Shown: positions 1-8,849, counted from the first letter of the stretch. The stretch: DNA of 36,976 nucleotides from a virus (IMGVR_UViG_3300037042_007115); one strand, 5' to 3'. Program-made: numbers and translations. Notes: generated by a model not told the origin, from the sequence alone.

Positions 1-99
1 TCTTAACCAGGGTCATTAACATTCATTTTTTGTTTTTTCTTATTTTAACCTGTTTTATTCTTTAACTCTTAGTCTGGGGCATGTTTACCCCGGGATATG

Positions 100-107
100 T
101 ATAAATA
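100..107 (+). promoter_or_regulatory. Archaeal TATA box for the plus-strand operon 151-2556
   Basis: TATAAATA at 100-107; GAGGT SD at about 139-143 before ATG 151; T-tract-rich noncoding DNA upstream. Confidence 0.6.
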
Positions 108-150
108 GTACCGCGCCATATCTTTAGTATAATATCACGAGGTATAAAGT

Positions 151-642
151 ATGGTTTTGTCACCGAAACGTGTTCATATCGGCAATTCAGTCATTCACCC
201 TGAGAATGGCTTGATGTATGCCTACTACGGTACAGTTGCAAGCAGAGATCGTGCTGAAGTCCTTACTTCAAAATTCCAGAAGGAACGTCAGTGGACCTTC
301 ATCCATGAAGTTCCCGGAAAGGGATTTAGCATTTTCCATCGCCATTCTACTCTGGAACACGCAAAGGCACCTTTCGGCAAGGTCCCACCCAAAGCCTACA
401 TTCCAATAGAGAAGGCGCTCTTAGACGCACAGGCAGAAAAGCCAAGGCAGCACCGGCAAGCAGAGCCGGGCTCCATTGGCATCATTGTGCCTAAAGCCAC
501 ACGGGAGGTTCTTTCTGAACAAGAGAAACGTGCAAAGAAGGTTCAGCGTCGGGCAGCTCGTCGGATTAAGAAGCAGGAAGAAAAGACCACGAAGCAGGTC
601 ATGGCAGTAATGGGCCAGATTCGTCCGGACCTTCGGGTGTAA
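151..642 (+). CDS. Hypothetical basic protein with C-terminal Arg/Lys-rich helix
   Basis: ORF with SD, first in operon; EQEKRAKKVQRRAARRIKK. Confidence 0.7.
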   Translation: MVLSPKRVHIGNSVIHPENGLMYAYYGTVASRDRAEVLTSKFQKERQWTFIHEVPGKGFSIFHRHSTLEHAKAPFGKVPPKAYIPIEKALLDAQAEKPRQHRQAEPGSIGIIVPKATREVLSEQEKRAKKVQRRAARRIKKQEEKTTKQVMAVMGQIRPDLRV

Positions 643-643
643 G

Positions 644-1057
644 ATGGTACAGACCAAAGAGGAAAAATCAGCTAGGAGAAAGGCTCGCAGAGAGAAGCGA
701 AAAGATGCTTCTAATAATCTAGCCCCTAAAGTAGCTGTAAATCCTCTTGCTGAACAAGATGAAGTTCAGCCAGTAAAAGCCCGGAGGCCGTATTCTGGCT
801 TCCAGGGAACTCTTTTTGAGAAGTTTACAGATGAGTCTAATAATAACGCAGAGTGTTACCGGATTTATACCGATAGACTCAATGTTTTGGGTGTAGTTGA
901 ATATGACCATAATGCAAAAGATTGGTTTATTTTCATTACCCGCTTCCCAATGGACTGGGATCACTCAGCTAGGTTCCCCAGCTTGGATCTTGCTATGAGA
1001 TGTCTCTATGAACATTACCGCCCCCTTGTCACTAAAGACCTGGGTGCCACTGCATAG
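644..1057 (+). CDS. Hypothetical protein with N-terminal Arg-rich motif
   Basis: Starts 1 nt after the previous stop; KEEKSARRKARREKRK. Confidence 0.7.
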   Translation: MVQTKEEKSARRKARREKRKDASNNLAPKVAVNPLAEQDEVQPVKARRPYSGFQGTLFEKFTDESNNNAECYRIYTDRLNVLGVVEYDHNAKDWFIFITRFPMDWDHSARFPSLDLAMRCLYEHYRPLVTKDLGATA

Positions 1058-1066
1058 GAGTTAACT

Positions 1067-2194
1067 ATGACAATGAGTGAAGCAGAGAAAAGACAAAAGA
1101 GAAAGGAACGCAGAGATGCGCGTAAAGGTAAGCAGTCAGAGCCTCAGGGACAGCGTCTCCTGGAGAATTGGGTAGCGGCAGGGAAGAGAGTTCAAGCCAC
1201 AATGCAACCAGCAGAAGCAGAAATACGCCCCATGCATACATCAAAGTCAGGCGGGTCATTTCCAGCTCTAATTCCTGTAATGCTAGCCTCAGACAACTAT
1301 GCGGATAGGGCTCTTACTGACTCATCTTATTTGATTCAGGAGAAATTCGACGGGTCCAGAGTTTGTGCCATAAAGAAAGATGGGCAAATTTGGATGATTA
1401 CCAGAAGTTGGAAGAATAGTCTTGGGCCAGGATACCCAGAGATTATCGCTGATCTCCAGAAAATTAAGGCGGATAATTTTGTCCTCGATGGTGAACTTAC
1501 TTTCTTTAAGAAGAATGGTCAGCCTCAATATCTTACTGCCCTTGCCACTTCAGGCACTAAGGCCGGATTTGATATTAAGTTGATGATGTTCGATGTCCAG
1601 GAGTTTAACGGCCGGAACTATCGCGGTTTTCCATTGACACAGAGGCTTCAACTCCTTAGCAGGATCATCCCCAGGAATCTTAAGCATATTGAAGTTGTCG
1701 AGACTCATACAAACGTTGCCCAGTACCAGTCTATCTTCAACCAAATAGTTGCAAGGGGCGGGGAAGGCGTTGTTGCTAAGAAAAAGAACTCTACCTATGT
1801 GGGGGATTCCAGGTCTTCATGGGTTAAAGTGAAAAAAGCGGCGACAGAAGATGTAGTAGTACTAGGGATTACTGAAGGGACAGGTAAAAGAGCTCCATTT
1901 TTTGGTGCTCTTGTTCTTGGGCAATACGATAGTAAGGGAAATATGAAAGCAATCGGGAAATCCTCCGGCTTTGATGATGCTACATTACTTCGTTTCTACA
2001 AGATGATCATGGAGATGCCCCAACACCCTGCCTACCCCGGGGTGGATATTAAGGATGTTAAACGGTGGATTTCACCCAAACTTGTCATAGAAGTAGAATA
2101 TCTCGAAAAAACCCCTTATGGGATATTAAGGCACCCAAGGTATTTAAGAATAAGAGATGATAAATTACCTTCTCAGTGTAAAATTCAGGGTTAG
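1067..2194 (+). CDS. lig: ATP-dependent DNA ligase (compact adenylation + OB domains, LigC/LigD-ligase-like) with Arg-rich N-terminal extension
   Basis: Motif I IQEKFDGSR, III FVLDGEL, IIIa LMMFDV, IV EGVVAK, V WVKVKK, VI LRHPRYLRIRDDK; GGAG SD. Confidence 0.95.
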   Translation: MTMSEAEKRQKRKERRDARKGKQSEPQGQRLLENWVAAGKRVQATMQPAEAEIRPMHTSKSGGSFPALIPVMLASDNYADRALTDSSYLIQEKFDGSRVCAIKKDGQIWMITRSWKNSLGPGYPEIIADLQKIKADNFVLDGELTFFKKNGQPQYLTALATSGTKAGFDIKLMMFDVQEFNGRNYRGFPLTQRLQLLSRIIPRNLKHIEVVETHTNVAQYQSIFNQIVARGGEGVVAKKKNSTYVGDSRSSWVKVKKAATEDVVVLGITEGTGKRAPFFGALVLGQYDSKGNMKAIGKSSGFDDATLLRFYKMIMEMPQHPAYPGVDIKDVKRWISPKLVIEVEYLEKTPYGILRHPRYLRIRDDKLPSQCKIQG

Positions 2195-2196
2195 TT

Positions 2197-2556
2197 ATGC
2201 TCCATAAAAATTTTCCTCTAAGTAATAAAGTGCTAGGAGAAATTTTAAAAGATATACAAATACTATATCCAGAAGCTAATTCAATTTTTTTAGTAGGAAC
2301 TTATGCTAGGGTTGATGAAGTCCCAACTAAAAAAGAGCATGATGTGGATATTCTCATTCATTTTCCAGCCCGGACTAATAAGCAGCATATTCAGCAGAGA
2401 CCAGATGATATTTTGTGGTCTACTTGGAGTGGTCATAATAGGCCCATTATTGATTTCTTACTAATGTTCGGGAATAAAGATACTGGCTATGGTCAGCACA
2501 TATTCCGTAAAGAAAAAGGTTTAAAAACTCCAAAAATACTACTTTGGAAAAAGTAG
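2197..2556 (+). CDS. Minimal nucleotidyltransferase (MNT, Pol-beta superfamily)
   Basis: IFLVGTYAR (hG[S/T]xAR) followed by HDVDILI (DxD); 119 aa. Confidence 0.8.
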   Translation: MLHKNFPLSNKVLGEILKDIQILYPEANSIFLVGTYARVDEVPTKKEHDVDILIHFPARTNKQHIQQRPDDILWSTWSGHNRPIIDFLLMFGNKDTGYGQHIFRKEKGLKTPKILLWKK

Positions 2557-2591
2557 TATTTTTCATCTGTCCCTAATACGTCCCTTTTAAT

Positions 2592-2855
2592 TCAAAGTTC
2601 TTTTAGCTTAATTTCGCTTTTTACTTCCTCTTTGAGTGGTTCTTGAGAACTGCTAGGATCACTTTGCCCTATTGGCCCTAATTTGTCCCCATTGGGTGAT
2701 TCTTTGGTGATTTGGGGTGAGTCCGGAATAAGGTAGTCTAGGGCGGAAATTAACTTCTTTTTAGAGGCTCTTACTACGAGAGTCGTGAGATTTCCATCGG
2801 CATCTATGACCATCCTCAGGCCAGCTTTAACTGCAGCTCTCATCTGTGCCCACAT
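2592..2855 (-). CDS. Hypothetical protein
   Basis: Last ORF of a minus-strand operon; overlaps upstream ORF. Confidence 0.55.
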   Translation of the reverse strand: MWAQMRAAVKAGLRMVIDADGNLTTLVVRASKKKLISALDYLIPDSPQITKESPNGDKLGPIGQSDPSSSQEPLKEEVKSEIKLKEL

Positions 2856-3052
2856 AATGTCATCTGCCCCTCAGCAACTTCATGTTTGAATTCTCTGGCA
2901 TCGCGTGCTCTTACCCATTCTCGGGATAAAGCCTCCCCGCATCTAAGGCACTCAATATAGTCCCCAAAGATTAAGCCTACTCTAAAAACTAGGTCTTCCC
3001 TAGGGTGGGAGCACCTTCTAGGAAGATCCTTCATATCTTTGATTCTAGTCAT
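2840..3052 (-). CDS. Small zinc-ribbon-like protein (start re-assigned to MTRIKD)
   Basis: CSH...CLRC; ATG 3052 overlaps end of upstream gene. Confidence 0.55.
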   Translation of the reverse strand: MTRIKDMKDLPRRCSHPREDLVFRVGLIFGDYIECLRCGEALSREWVRARDAREFKHEVAEGQMTLCGHR

Positions 3053-4454
3053 GCTTCTTGACCAGTACAACAATGGCTAATAAGCCCAGTATTACCAGCA
3101 TAGGGTCAAGTGACATCGCCGCTAGAGAGTTTCCAACTGGCGAGTCAGGCTTAGCATTTAAGAGCAGGGCTTTCGTGGGTGTTGCAAAGGTAAGTGGGGC
3201 AACTTGTACTGGTACTTGAGTTACATCCTCTGTTACCACTACGCCGTCAACCATTACGTATCCGCCTGGTATTCCTGGGTTTTGATTAACTATTGGCTCT
3301 TGAGTTTGTATAATTTCTATGGGTCTAATTGTGGTATTTGGGGTGGGCTCTTCAGGGAAGCCCATGATATATCTTTGGGGTGTGGGTGTTGGAGTTAACA
3401 TCGGCCAACTCTCCACCAACTCAAAGAATGAGGTTGCTACTAGTCCAAACTTTGGGCTCTTTAAAGTAAGATCATGTTTACCTGGATATAAGGCGGAAGT
3501 ACTGAAATTATAGGCCCACTTATTCCTAGGGTATTGCGGATCTGTATATGGTTCAATAGTTATACCCCGGGTAGCTCGCATTTTTTCTCGTTCAGTGATT
3601 TGTTGATCTGCATCTATAGTAAGAGTAAGTCCATTTCTAATTCCTAGATTAGTAGCTCCACTAACATGCATTTGTGGGTTTACTAAGTCACCATCTGACC
3701 AGCTGTCATCAATACTTATCCAGGGGTCTTCTACTCTAATTTCAAACTCTTCATATGTATCATCGCACCAAACTCTATTATTAAGCATGGCTAATAACTT
3801 ATCCCGGATTTTCATTGGAGAATCACCGGAAGATGCCGGGGTAGATTCTACTGCAGCATAAATGCTATCTAGCCGCTCGTTCTTGGGATCATAAACAATA
3901 TCTCTCTTCCCATTATCCCCCACAAATTGGACTAATGCTTTATATTTGCCCGGTTCTAGTCCATTCGTATCTAGAGCACTAAAATAAATGTGGTATACAT
4001 CTGCTGAATCTACTACTACTTCCTTAGAAAATATTCTATCAAGATTAATAGTCTCCCCAAATAACCAGAAATATGCTTCCCTCTTAGTAGAAATTTTTAA
4101 AGGAGTTGGGTAATTCCGGCTTATAACTCCTTCATCCCCACGGGCTATATAAGTTACTCCCTCTTGATTATCCCCTATGGGGAAAACCTTGATATCTTTT
4201 CCACTCCAAAGTCCACTACCCGGTAAGGGTGTAGGAATAGGTGTAGGAATAGTAGTAGGTATTCTGGTAGGTACCGGAGTTATAAGTATCGTAACATAGA
4301 TTATTTCCGGTGTAGGAGTTGGAACAGGGGTTGGAGTAGGACCTAGTTTAATAGCATCAACTGGAAGTATAGCAATAATAGATAACACTATAAGTATCAA
4401 GCAGATACTCGTTGATGTACTCATAAATTTATACCATTGCCTTGTTTCTTTCAT
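3045..4454 (-). CDS. Secreted S-layer-like surface glycoprotein resembling Methanomicrobiales S-layer/DUF3821-associated proteins
   Basis: N-terminal signal peptide; PT-rich linkers; core motifs LEPGKYKALVQF, DDTYEEFEIRVEDPWISID, VSGATNL; C-terminal TM helix plus basic tail (VILGLLAIVVLVKKHD). Confidence 0.7.
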   Translation of the reverse strand: MKETRQWYKFMSTSTSICLILIVLSIIAILPVDAIKLGPTPTPVPTPTPEIIYVTILITPVPTRIPTTIPTPIPTPLPGSGLWSGKDIKVFPIGDNQEGVTYIARGDEGVISRNYPTPLKISTKREAYFWLFGETINLDRIFSKEVVVDSADVYHIYFSALDTNGLEPGKYKALVQFVGDNGKRDIVYDPKNERLDSIYAAVESTPASSGDSPMKIRDKLLAMLNNRVWCDDTYEEFEIRVEDPWISIDDSWSDGDLVNPQMHVSGATNLGIRNGLTLTIDADQQITEREKMRATRGITIEPYTDPQYPRNKWAYNFSTSALYPGKHDLTLKSPKFGLVATSFFELVESWPMLTPTPTPQRYIMGFPEEPTPNTTIRPIEIIQTQEPIVNQNPGIPGGYVMVDGVVVTEDVTQVPVQVAPLTFATPTKALLLNAKPDSPVGNSLAAMSLDPMLVILGLLAIVVLVKKHD

Positions 4455-4455
4455 A

Positions 4456-5085
4456 TTATGCCCCCGTCATATCCATCCAGCCGGAAGTACGCACTAAGAT
4501 TTTTTCCACATCTTCACGAGTAAAGTCTAAATTAATGTAAAAACCTATAGCAGTACCCTCTGTATGGCCGAAACTTTTTGCAATTAGACTCAATGCAGAG
4601 GGCTGACTGCCTTTAATTACTAGTGCCTGTACCAACCAGCTCTCATATGTCTTCCTTAGTGTCTTAGCACTCAATCCCTCTGGGCTAATACCCGCTTTAA
4701 TTGCTTTGGCTTTTAGGAATTTAGTAAAGCCCCTACGAGTATAAAGATCTTTATCAGGTTCAAGACCCTTACGCTTAAAGGCATCCACGGCATACCAACC
4801 CTCCCTTGAGAGATGAACAAACCTATCCGGGGATTTTCGCTCAGTCTTCAGCGCCGCTTCATTTGATAAGTAGATGGTGTGTGTCTGTTCTCGTATCCAA
4901 TCTAAGTTTTTGGAGAGTCGCATTAATTCAATATACCGCATTCCAGTGTATAATGATAAATCCAGAATTAACTTGGTATTTTCACTATCTATGGTTTCCC
5001 TGAGCATATCATACTCTATGGGTCTTAAAACCCTAAGTGGGGTTCCTTTTCTAGTGTGTAAAATAATGGGTAAAATTTCTGCCAT
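4456..5085 (-). CDS. Tyrosine recombinase, catalytic domain only (209 aa)
   Basis: LYTGMRYIEL (Arg I), SAKTLRKTY (HxxR box with H->K), FGHT (His/Trp), GFY (catalytic Tyr). Confidence 0.88.
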   Translation of the reverse strand: MAEILPIILHTRKGTPLRVLRPIEYDMLRETIDSENTKLILDLSLYTGMRYIELMRLSKNLDWIREQTHTIYLSNEAALKTERKSPDRFVHLSREGWYAVDAFKRKGLEPDKDLYTRRGFTKFLKAKAIKAGISPEGLSAKTLRKTYESWLVQALVIKGSQPSALSLIAKSFGHTEGTAIGFYINLDFTREDVEKILVRTSGWMDMTGA

Positions 5086-5088
5086 GTT

Positions 5089-5553
5089 TCACCTTATATA
5101 ATCTATCGTGGGTTTATCTCTACCCAGTGAGAAGGGTTCCTGCGATACTCGCCAAATATACTGCCTAGACATTTTAACTCCAGGTTTTATTTCAGTATTT
5201 ACAGTTACTCCCACAAATAGGTCGGGAGTACTAACAGTGACTAATTTTGGGAATGAAATATTATCTTTAATTAGACCCGTTTCTAATTGATACAGTTCTC
5301 GGTTGCTATTCATTTCTGGGTCTTCCCAACTAGTTTTAAATAATACAGATTTAAATCCAGGTACTTTTTCGGCATCATAGCTAAAGAAGAGATGAGATTG
5401 ATTAGCTGTTAGATTAATCCAGACAGGTTTGTCCTTAGGAATTGTTAAGGTAGCTTCTAAATTCCCTATAAATAGAAGTAAAAGACCTATTACAACTATG
5501 ATAATAATTGCAATTAGTCCAAACCTATCTAAATTATCATTGGGAATATTCAT
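5089..5553 (-). CDS. Membrane-anchored protein
   Basis: Single N-terminal hydrophobic helix (GLIAIIIIVVIGLLLLFIG); TTTTATAG TATA box upstream at about 5583-5590. Confidence 0.7.
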   Translation of the reverse strand: MNIPNDNLDRFGLIAIIIIVVIGLLLLFIGNLEATLTIPKDKPVWINLTANQSHLFFSYDAEKVPGFKSVLFKTSWEDPEMNSNRELYQLETGLIKDNISFPKLVTVSTPDLFVGVTVNTEIKPGVKMSRQYIWRVSQEPFSLGRDKPTIDYIR

Positions 5554-5650
5554 GCGTTCACATATAGAATTGGGTTGAAGCCCTATAAAAAGAATACTAT
5601 AAACGGGAACTAAAAAGGTACACTTTAAGAGATGGGTTCCATCTCAGTAG

Positions 5651-5872
5651 TTAGGCTAATTTAGCATAGATGGCATAGTGCTCCGGGTAATTACTACCTC
5701 GGGGGTCATGACATAGCACGATAAGTGGTGTTCCCGTATATTTAGTATCCCACTTTGTTCCTATGAATTTGGGGAGAAGATCTCCTTTAGTACCTCTTAC
5801 AGAATCAGGTACAAAGTAGTACCTCTTTCTGCGATAAATAATATAATCTGGTATTCCGATTACTTCTTTCAT
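5651..5872 (-). CDS. Hypothetical protein
   Basis: ATGA overlap with upstream ORF; followed by hairpin gagatgg-gtt-ccatctc (5629-5645). Confidence 0.6.
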   Translation of the reverse strand: MKEVIGIPDYIIYRRKRYYFVPDSVRGTKGDLLPKFIGTKWDTKYTGTPLIVLCHDPRGSNYPEHYAIYAKLA

Positions 5873-6369
5873 GGTTTTTCTCCTATGACTATATCTTTTC
5901 TATATTGTGGAACATCTCTAATCATGGCCCTGGTGTCCTGTAAGCCCTTTTTAACAACCATATCCTGGAAACCAGTCTTTTCCATATGATTAGTCACCTT
6001 TTCTACCCAGGCTTTCGGGAGCCTGGCTGCCCCTATCTCTACTTGGCCCCCAGGCTTTAGGACTCTGAATGCTTCTGAGTAGGCTTTTCTGCGGCCAAAG
6101 GCTGCCACTGAACTATGGCTTACTACTACATCAAAAGTTTTATTAGGGTAAGGCAAGGCTTTGTTAAAGTCAACTCCCTCGGTAATATCAACTCTTCTAG
6201 CAAAGCTTCTCCGCCTAGCTATCTCATCTTTAGGGACTCCCAGCTCCTTTGCCTGTAAGGCTACCCACTTTTCATCGCTATTTTGCATCTTTTTATCATA
6301 GCACAGGTCAGCACCATGCGTGGCCCTGTAGTCTGGGACTTTGCCACAACCCATATCTAGAACTTTCAT
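5869..6369 (-). CDS. Class I SAM-dependent methyltransferase (paralogue A)
   Basis: VLDMGCG motif I, LPYPNKTFDVVVS, RVLKPGG. Confidence 0.88.
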   Translation of the reverse strand: MKVLDMGCGKVPDYRATHGADLCYDKKMQNSDEKWVALQAKELGVPKDEIARRRSFARRVDITEGVDFNKALPYPNKTFDVVVSHSSVAAFGRRKAYSEAFRVLKPGGQVEIGAARLPKAWVEKVTNHMEKTGFQDMVVKKGLQDTRAMIRDVPQYRKDIVIGEKP

Positions 6370-6371
6370 AG

Positions 6372-6746
6372 TTATGCCGCCCTAGCTGCAAATACTGTAG
6401 GATGATATAATGTCATCTGTGGCCTACCAAGTACCTGGAAGCGTTCTTCTATCTTCTTGGCAGAAATTTTCTTCTGTTTGATAATATGTCTCTTCTCATC
6501 AATTACATTAAATAGATAAGAGCCTTTATTCGCTAGGAGTAGTTTGTGTTGGTGATGATACAACACAAAGCTTCCATAGCGCCAACCCCTTTTAGCTGCC
6601 ACATAATTAACTTTATCCTGTACGGTCTTTACCTCAAGCCTAGGTGTGTCTAGAACATGGTGGGAACTGATTTGTTTCCCGAGTATTTGTACTTCTATTG
6701 CACGCCCGTTCCCTTGTGCTTTCATATTTCCTGCAGTAGTTCCCAT
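6372..6746 (-). CDS. Hypothetical basic protein
   Basis: Tightly packed operon ORF with GGAG SD. Confidence 0.6.
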   Translation of the reverse strand: MGTTAGNMKAQGNGRAIEVQILGKQISSHHVLDTPRLEVKTVQDKVNYVAAKRGWRYGSFVLYHHQHKLLLANKGSYLFNVIDEKRHIIKQKKISAKKIEERFQVLGRPQMTLYHPTVFAARAA

Positions 6747-6749
6747 GAT

Positions 6750-7205
6750 TTATCTCCTAATTGGTATTTGATGCCCGCTTGGGAAGTAGTCTGTGCACTT
6801 TACCCGCTTTTTCTCATTTTCTACAATGACACAGTCCTGGAAATACTGGCAAGTCTCACAATCTGGTCCTTTACCTTGTACGCGCTTTTTATCTTTTCTA
6901 CGTGCAGCACGCTTAGCTTTCTTTTCTACTTCTTTTCGCCTATCCCTTTCTATGCCCCAGGCTGTGAGTTGATCACCATACCGGCGAGACATAATATGAG
7001 CTACTAATGAGGCTTTATCGATGTGTTCATCAAAGCTGAAGGTTACCCGTGAGTCGAAGTAGGCTTTCTCCTTTAACTCCTCTTTGCTGTACTTCTGAAG
7101 GCTGGTATATGCCTTTTCTATTTCCTGAAACTGTTGTTCAGTTAATACAACAGGTTTTTTAGGGCCTATTTGTCTTGTTGGTGTAAGTGCCATAGTTTCT
7201 CTCAC
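6750..7205 (-). CDS. Hypothetical protein with Arg-rich helix and C-terminal Cys cluster (start GTG 7205 or ATG 7193)
   Basis: EKKAKRAARRKDKKR; CETCQYFQDC...C; TAG/GTG coupling at 7205. Confidence 0.6.
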   Translation of the reverse strand: MRETMALTPTRQIGPKKPVVLTEQQFQEIEKAYTSLQKYSKEELKEKAYFDSRVTFSFDEHIDKASLVAHIMSRRYGDQLTAWGIERDRRKEVEKKAKRAARRKDKKRVQGKGPDCETCQYFQDCVIVENEKKRVKCTDYFPSGHQIPIRR

Positions 7206-7537
7206 TACTCCATAGCCGGGAGTAATTTCTCTAATGCCTTCCACAATTCCCTGAACTTGGGGGGTAATTTGGAGAACCCAGGATAAGTACGAGCAGAATT
7301 GATCCTATGAATGTAAAATTCATAACCGGGTTTTGACTCCACCAAGGGGCTATCCTTTCCTATGTAGCTGAATTCTACCCGGGCAGTATGAACCTCACCG
7401 GATAGTAGGATCTCAGCTGTTACCTGTGTATATTGCTTAGTGTAATTGGTAAAAAGGCTTAGACTTCTTACTTCCATCCCTTTTACATCCAGCTTATCTA
7501 CAGATAACTTTTTTCTAGCAATTCTGTCTTGTGTCAT
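7205..7537 (-). CDS. Hypothetical protein, LPxK[YF] C-terminal motif family
   Basis: YPGFSKLPPKFRELWKALEK; GAGGT SD. Confidence 0.6.
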   Translation of the reverse strand: MTQDRIARKKLSVDKLDVKGMEVRSLSLFTNYTKQYTQVTAEILLSGEVHTARVEFSYIGKDSPLVESKPGYEFYIHRINSARTYPGFSKLPPKFRELWKALEKLLPAME

Positions 7538-7548
7538 TTAATACCTCA

Positions 7549-7827
7549 CTAGATTCTCATATTATTCGGATTTCTATCTTTGAAAGGGTCTTCTTCATCA
7601 CTAAAAAACCGCCTATTACACGTACTACAATGAAGGCCGCCCTCAAATATAACTCTCTTTCCCTTGTCATCGCGGGACAGTACAGGCTGTTTTCGGAGCT
7701 TAGTCCCATCATCCGGACAATATTTAGGCATGTTGGGAGGAAGCTTAATAATTATATGTTTTACCATAAAATCACCAGTCCTCTTCGGATAAGGCCGAGA
7801 ACGTAAGTCTATGATATGGCCTATCAA
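7549..7827 (-). CDS. Zinc-ribbon protein (true start probably MVKHII, about 7767)
   Basis: YCPDDG...LHCSTC. Confidence 0.55.
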   Translation of the reverse strand: MIGHIIDLRSRPYPKRTGDFMVKHIIIKLPPNMPKYCPDDGTKLRKQPVLSRDDKGKRVIFEGGLHCSTCNRRFFSDEEDPFKDRNPNNMRI

Positions 7828-8266
7828 TTATGGGTTTTTGGTAGTTTACTGAGTCAGCATCAGTATAGCGTTTTATAATAGACTTCGCTTTAGAAGGATC
7901 TACTTGTGCACGTGAAAAACCATAATTCTTACTACTTATCTCTGGCTCCAAACAGGCATGTATATCTGGTTTTGTACTCTTGAGTTTCACCAGAAACGGG
8001 TCATCCCTGTGTGGAGCAATATGTACCCAGCCGGTAGGGGTAGTGGCACAACAAGTGTGGCCAGAACAAGATCCCCAAGTTTTATAGCCAACATTATTAA
8101 GTTTAACTAGGGGTTCTCTTAATTTTTCATCCACATCAAGCGGTAATTTATGCTTTTCTAAAGCATCCATCTGCTGGTGTGTGGGATATGGATACTTCTT
8201 AGGGGGTTTGGGGTTCCCACCTGATTGAACTACCCCTCTTGCATACCTCTCCTGGACAGATAACAC
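7772..8266 (-). CDS. Tyw3/Taw3-like protein (paralogue 1)
   Basis: DVDEKLREPLVKLNNVGYKTWGSCSGH resembles the Tyw3 N-terminal D-x2-I-x6-N-x4-T-x-SCSGR motif. Confidence 0.5.
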   Translation of the reverse strand: MLSVQERYARGVVQSGGNPKPPKKYPYPTHQQMDALEKHKLPLDVDEKLREPLVKLNNVGYKTWGSCSGHTCCATTPTGWVHIAPHRDDPFLVKLKSTKPDIHACLEPEISSKNYGFSRAQVDPSKAKSIIKRYTDADSVNYQKPIIDRPYHRLTFSALSEEDW

Positions 8267-8847
8267 TAATACCTCCTCCCTGGAGTAAGTGCCGGGAAAT
8301 TAAAGGAGTGATACTGCTGTTTACAGATTAAATCTCCTTTCTGGTCCCAGTTAGGGGGATTATGCCTTGTGGGTGAAATTCCATTATCTTTAAGGATTCC
8401 CTTTACTTCTCGGGGATCTACCGGCTTTGTACTGGTTGCTCCGCGATCTCCCCCAAGATTATACAGATCCGATACTACCCGCTTCTCACTCACCGGTGTT
8501 TTATAATAACCAGCAACTCTTCTTATGAAAGGCTTAGGAAGCTCTGATGGGTGGGGATTAATACTTACATACCCCCTAGCCCCTACTGCATGGCCCTGAC
8601 AAGAACCCCCGGTACGATACCCAGCATCATGAAGATCAATGACAGCATCTCTTATTTCACTATCAATATCGTGGACGATGCCATATTTATCGAATTTATT
8701 CTGCTGCTTAGTCGTGGGGAAGGTATAACCCTTTGTTTGGAAGGCATCCGGGCCTATTCCATAATGAGCGCACTTATCCCCCTCACAATCAATAAATTCA
8801 GCATCTTTCATGCTCCGGGCAAATCTTTGCTGTCGTGTAAGTGTCAT
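8266..8847 (-). CDS. Tyw3/Taw3-like protein (paralogue 2)
   Basis: DIDSEIRDAVIDLHDAGYRTGGSCQGH; clear paralogy with the adjacent ORF, including VDPSKAKSIIK vs VDPREVKGILK. Confidence 0.5.
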   Translation of the reverse strand: MTLTRQQRFARSMKDAEFIDCEGDKCAHYGIGPDAFQTKGYTFPTTKQQNKFDKYGIVHDIDSEIRDAVIDLHDAGYRTGGSCQGHAVGARGYVSINPHPSELPKPFIRRVAGYYKTPVSEKRVVSDLYNLGGDRGATSTKPVDPREVKGILKDNGISPTRHNPPNWDQKGDLICKQQYHSFNFPALTPGRRY

Positions 8848-8849
8848 GA

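Noticed and set aside
151-1057. HEPN toxin partner for the MNT (RX5-6H strings such as RQWTFIH, RFPMDWDH)
   Set aside because: Such strings arise by chance, lack the usual R-N pattern, and lie in beta-rich rather than all-helical sequence.
4230-4345. PT-rich codon repeats as a Borg-type tandem repeat
   Set aside because: Imperfect at nucleotide level; ordinary Pro/Thr linker of a surface glycoprotein.
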